A stretch of 64,000 bases of DNA from Squalus acanthias (taxonomy: Eukaryota), in NCBI GenBank assembly GCA_030390025.1, contig CM059425.1, positions 166,100,001-166,164,000 on the forward strand. The letters run 5' to 3'. The first letter of the stretch is position 1. Each line of letters starts with the position of its first letter. Under the pieces are notes generated by a model that saw only the letters and a program-made list of their open reading frames with translations, was not told the origin of the DNA and did no database searches. Below are positions 60,041 through 64,000 of this stretch, in pieces. The position numbers and the translations under genes are program-made.

Positions 60041-62954
60041 CTGATGCTGTCCCTTTATGACATAATCTCCAAACATAGGGCAACGTCCTCATGTATGCCA
60101 CCAACACTCTTTATTCCTACGATATTAACTCAAAGACTATTGCCATAATTTCTGATCACCAGTTTATCATTAAATCCTGGATGAGTGAGACTCAATGTTA
60201 GTAAAATTCAAAGCCATGCTTTTTGATTCATGCAGTCAGCTCATTTCAGCATGGGTGAATGCAAATACTTGACGAGCAGCAGCCTCGGTGCTGCTGCACT
60301 GGGATTGCAAGATTTGACCCTTACAGTAATTTCCCAGGGCTTTCCACCAGGAATGTGTTTAACTCATTGAGCACCAATTCAAAAGAGGCACTGCATTGAA
60401 GGGAGTTCAGAGAATATAGTCTTAATGGTCAGTGCCATTATTTGCTGTAGAAGTTTGTTTGTTGCAATACTTCCTTTGAATCAGCTTTTTTGGGTATTTT
60501 TAAAAATTGTAGTTGGGCTTTAATGTAGCTTTTGCATTTTTTCAATTTTTTTATCGCTCCGTATTTTCCATCTCTAGTTTATTGTCAGCTGCAATTTAAG
60601 AAGACCAAATAATATTCTGAATAGGTGTCCCTCTGGATTTTCTCTTTCTGGTTGTTTTCAAGGAGGACGAGGAGAATCTGAAAAGGGTGTGACAAATCTG
60701 AATTGTATCTTGTTTACTGCCATAGGAATCTTACTGATTACTGCTAAATTAATTTTTCTATATTTGAGAAAATTTACATTCACATGTCTGGCTGGAGCTC
60801 AAAATTACCTTGCGGTGCCTCAATCAACTGTTATTAAAGCTGGCTGGTCCCAAATATAAAACAAAGGGCTCCAAAAGGTTCGATATTAGAATCTGCAAGA
60901 ATTAAGAGATGCTGTATATTATAACACCTAACCTTTTAGAGCTCTTTGTTATATAGTTGGGACCCAAAAGGTTAACTTCTCAGTTCTCTCCACAGATGCT
61001 GTCTGACTTCTTGTTCGAGGGCAATCATCTCCAGGACATTGCTGCATGATTCAAGAAAAAGGCCGACTACCACCTTCTCAAAGGCAATGAGGGATAGGCA
61101 ATAAATGCCAGCCTTGCCAGTGATGCCCATAGCCTGAAGCATATAAAAGGCACTATATAAATGCAATTTTTTCCTTTAGTAGGACACAAGACGTCAAATT
61201 ACAGTAACAAGGATATTGTGTTCAACCGTGGGCAATGCTTTTGTGCATATAAGTTTTCACTTAAGTTTTCAGGGAGTTGTCCTTGGTGCTGAGCATGACA
61301 GAAATATCTCGCACCACTCAAAAATTGTAACTGAGAGATCAGATGGAGGTTTGGTTTAAACCTGATTTATCCACTGAATGTTCATAGTTAGATCTTCACC
61401 AAGATCAACAACACATATGGTTATACTGGTGGCTGTGAAGGTGATCACAACCATGAACATTTATGCAGTTGGATCATTTCAAGCCACCTTTGGGATATGT
61501 GCCAAATTATACAATCTGCATTGCACCACTACATAAAGCAGGTGACAGATATCTTGTTTCTTCCATGGCCACATTTTCATCACTTTTCTCCATAAAGCAG
61601 CCAGCTGCACAAGGGAGCACAGTATTTTCATTGTGTTGCAGGTTTCTCCAACGTGCAGGGCAATATAGGTAGCATGCTTGTGGCCATATAGGCCCCTACC
61701 TCAATCCCACGTGTCATGAATGGGGTTCCATTGTTAGTGTGGAGCTGATTTATGAGCATATGTGCAATATTATGCATATGACTGTCCACTAGGATCATGA
61801 AAAAACCTATCAACCACATGTTGAACTAGAGATTCAGATGCTTGAACAGGTCAGGGGGGTGTTGCAGTATAACCTCAGAGTAGTGTATTGCATGTTGCAC
61901 AACGTTGAGAGGCATTACTGTGGAAAAGATGGAATAGGAGGTTCAGCTGCAACTATTGGCAGAGGATAACATTGAAAATGATCCTGAGCCACAGTTGCAG
62001 CCAGGGAACAGTTGTTTTGCAGTCTCAAATTGACAAGACTATGAATTGAGTGCTTACTCCAACCAATGCACAAACAATCCTGTCTGCTTGTGAACAATAA
62101 AGTAGCCCCCAATACATTATCCCTACCTTTGGATAACTACTGTGAATATCAATTAATTCCTCTGCCGCTATCTTATTGTGCCTCATCCCAAGTGCACTTA
62201 TAAATGAAAATACGGCTGTACTTAGGACTCAGTCACTGGAAGCTCTGGTGTAAATTACACTGGTATTGTCATGCACTGCATGGTGGTCTGCAGTTCAATT
62301 AAGCAATCATGCATCACTGCACAGATGAGGTCGTGGATACCTTCATAGTTGCTGCCAGAATTTTCAGGGCACTTGGCACATGCTGAATGATTGCATGAAA
62401 AATTGTTGCTCAAATATCGAACTTCTTTTGTAGTAGGCCCCACGAGATTCAAATCCCTAGTTTAGCAACTGAGGGAGGACTTGAACTAGCCCTCTACTAA
62501 TGAACCTCTCCTCTCCCAGAGTGGACAGACTGCCACTGGTGCTTGCCACTGTTGCAGTGAGTGACACAGGGTGCTGCAAGATTATGGGGACATGGTTGAT
62601 ATTGCACACTGAGTTTTCCTCCTCATGGGACATATATAATAAACAGAAGAAAAAAATATGTTGGAATTCTAGCAGAAAAACACCCCTTCAAACAGAGCTT
62701 ACATGGCAAGATATTATGCGTTATGTTGCTGTTGTACAGTATAGGTTTGCGAGTCAGTGAGTGAATAAGTGAATTACTTGGGGAGAAAGAATAAGCTATG
62801 GATCGTATTAGCTTTAAGCTTGCAAAGATCTCTGCACCCCATTTAGCCCCTCCCTCTCTGCTGGCCCCAGAATTTTGATTGAATGGCTGATAGTTGGGAG
62901 GGCCACCTCTGGCCCCCTCTTGTTCCTGTCTGTTATGTGTTGCTGTTTCTTCTT

Positions 62955-64000
62955 TTTTTTAAAATTCTTTTATGGGATGTGGGTGTCACTGGCAAGGCCA
63001 GCATTTATTGCTCATCCCTAATTGCCCTTGAGAAGGTGGTGGTGAGCCACCTTCTTGAACCGCTGCAGTCCGTGTGGTGAAGGTACTCCCACAGTGCTGT
63101 TAGGTAGAGAGTTCCAGGATTTTGACACAGCGACGATGAAGGATCGGCGATATACTTCTAAGTCAGGATGGTGTGTGACATGGAGGGGAACTTGGAGGTG
63201 ATGGTGTTCCCATGCGTCTGCTGCCCTTGTCATTCTAGGTGGAAGAAGTTGCAGGTTTGGGAGGTGCTGCTGAAGAAGCCTTGGTGAGTTGCTGCAGTGC
63301 ATCTTGTAGATGGTACACACTGCAGCCACGGTACACCGGTGGTGGAGGGAGTGAATGTTTTTTATCGTGATAGATGGGGTGCCAATCAAGTGGGCTGCTT
63401 TGTCCTGGATGGTGTCGAGCTTCTTGAGTGTTGTTGGAGCTGCACTCATCCAGGCAAGTGGAGAGTATTCCATCACACTCCTTACTTGTGCCTTGTAGAT
63501 GGTAGAAAGGCTTTTGGGAGTCAGGAGGTGAGACACTCGCCGCAGAATACCCAGCCTCTGACCTGCTCTTGTTGCCACAGTATTTATGTGGCTGGTCCAG
63601 TTAAGTTTCTGGTCAATGGTGACCCCCAGGATGTTGATGGTGGGGGATTCAGCAATGGTAATGCCATTAAATGTCAAGGGGCGGTGGTTAGACTCTCACT
63701 TATTGGAGATAGTCATCGCCTGGCACTTCTGTGGTGCGAATGTTACCTGCCACTTATCAGCCCAAGCCTGAACGTCGTCCAGGTCTTGTTGTATGCGGGC
63801 ATGGACTGCTTCATTATCTGAGGAGTTGTGAATGGCTGCTGAACACTATGCAGTCATCAGCGAACATCCCCATTTCTGCCCTTATGTGGGAGGGAAGGTT
63901 GGGCTGAAGATGGTTAGGGCCTAGGACACTGCCCTGAGGAACTCCTGCAGCGATGTCCTGGGGCTGTGATGATTGACCTTCAATCACCACAACCATCTTC
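62955..64000 (-). mobile_element. CR1-supergroup (Zenon-like) LINE; same family as 51363-52392
   Basis: The 219-aa ORF 63018-63677 is nearly identical to the 51675-52100 translation. VPQGSVLGP and FADD lie near the window end. Confidence 0.85.

Larger units (their letters stand above)
54450..60230 (+). mobile_element. Old L2 LINE split by nested CR1 insertions (L2 parts about 54450-55410 and 59090-60230)
   Basis: Pyrimidine-rich L2 ORF2 remnants. The two flanks of the CR1 block are collinear with the uninterrupted L2 at about 1000-1140 (…EELTDILVSKIVTI). Confidence 0.7.

Noticed and set aside
61380..61900. Possible decayed HARBI1-like nuclease on minus
   Set aside because: Only scattered partial motifs (e.g. 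SWLLYG). No continuous frame or termini that I can support.

Overview
This is eukaryotic, repeat-rich vertebrate DNA. The repeat content (abundant CR1, L2, HE1-type SINE, Harbinger MITEs and Penelope-derived hairpins) points to a cartilaginous fish. The only host gene I can support is the 5' end of CHD1 on the minus strand: a CpG-island promoter and non-coding exon 1 at about 30.8-31.3 kb, and exon 2 at 29856-30053 with 53 coding nt (MEGHGDEDSVSNSSGDS). I found no exon 3, so 1-29855 is read as CHD1 intron 2 and 31.4-64 kb as upstream sequence. Most long ORFs in the track are pieces of decayed non-LTR retrotransposons. The most notable structures are two TSD-flanked fold-back palindromes (85-bp and 89-bp arms) whose symmetry centres fall on the CUGANGA box of a minimal hammerhead ribozyme, and a third hammerhead in the sense orientation of the CHD1 intron. 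Also notable are alternative exon-1 donors that would include or exclude uORFs in the CHD1 leader, a Harbinger element with a spliced Myb/SANT gene alongside its deletion-derived MITE, and deeply nested insertions. Repeat boundaries were read by eye and are approximate unless a TSD or TIR is quoted. Family names rest on recalled motifs, not on database searches.
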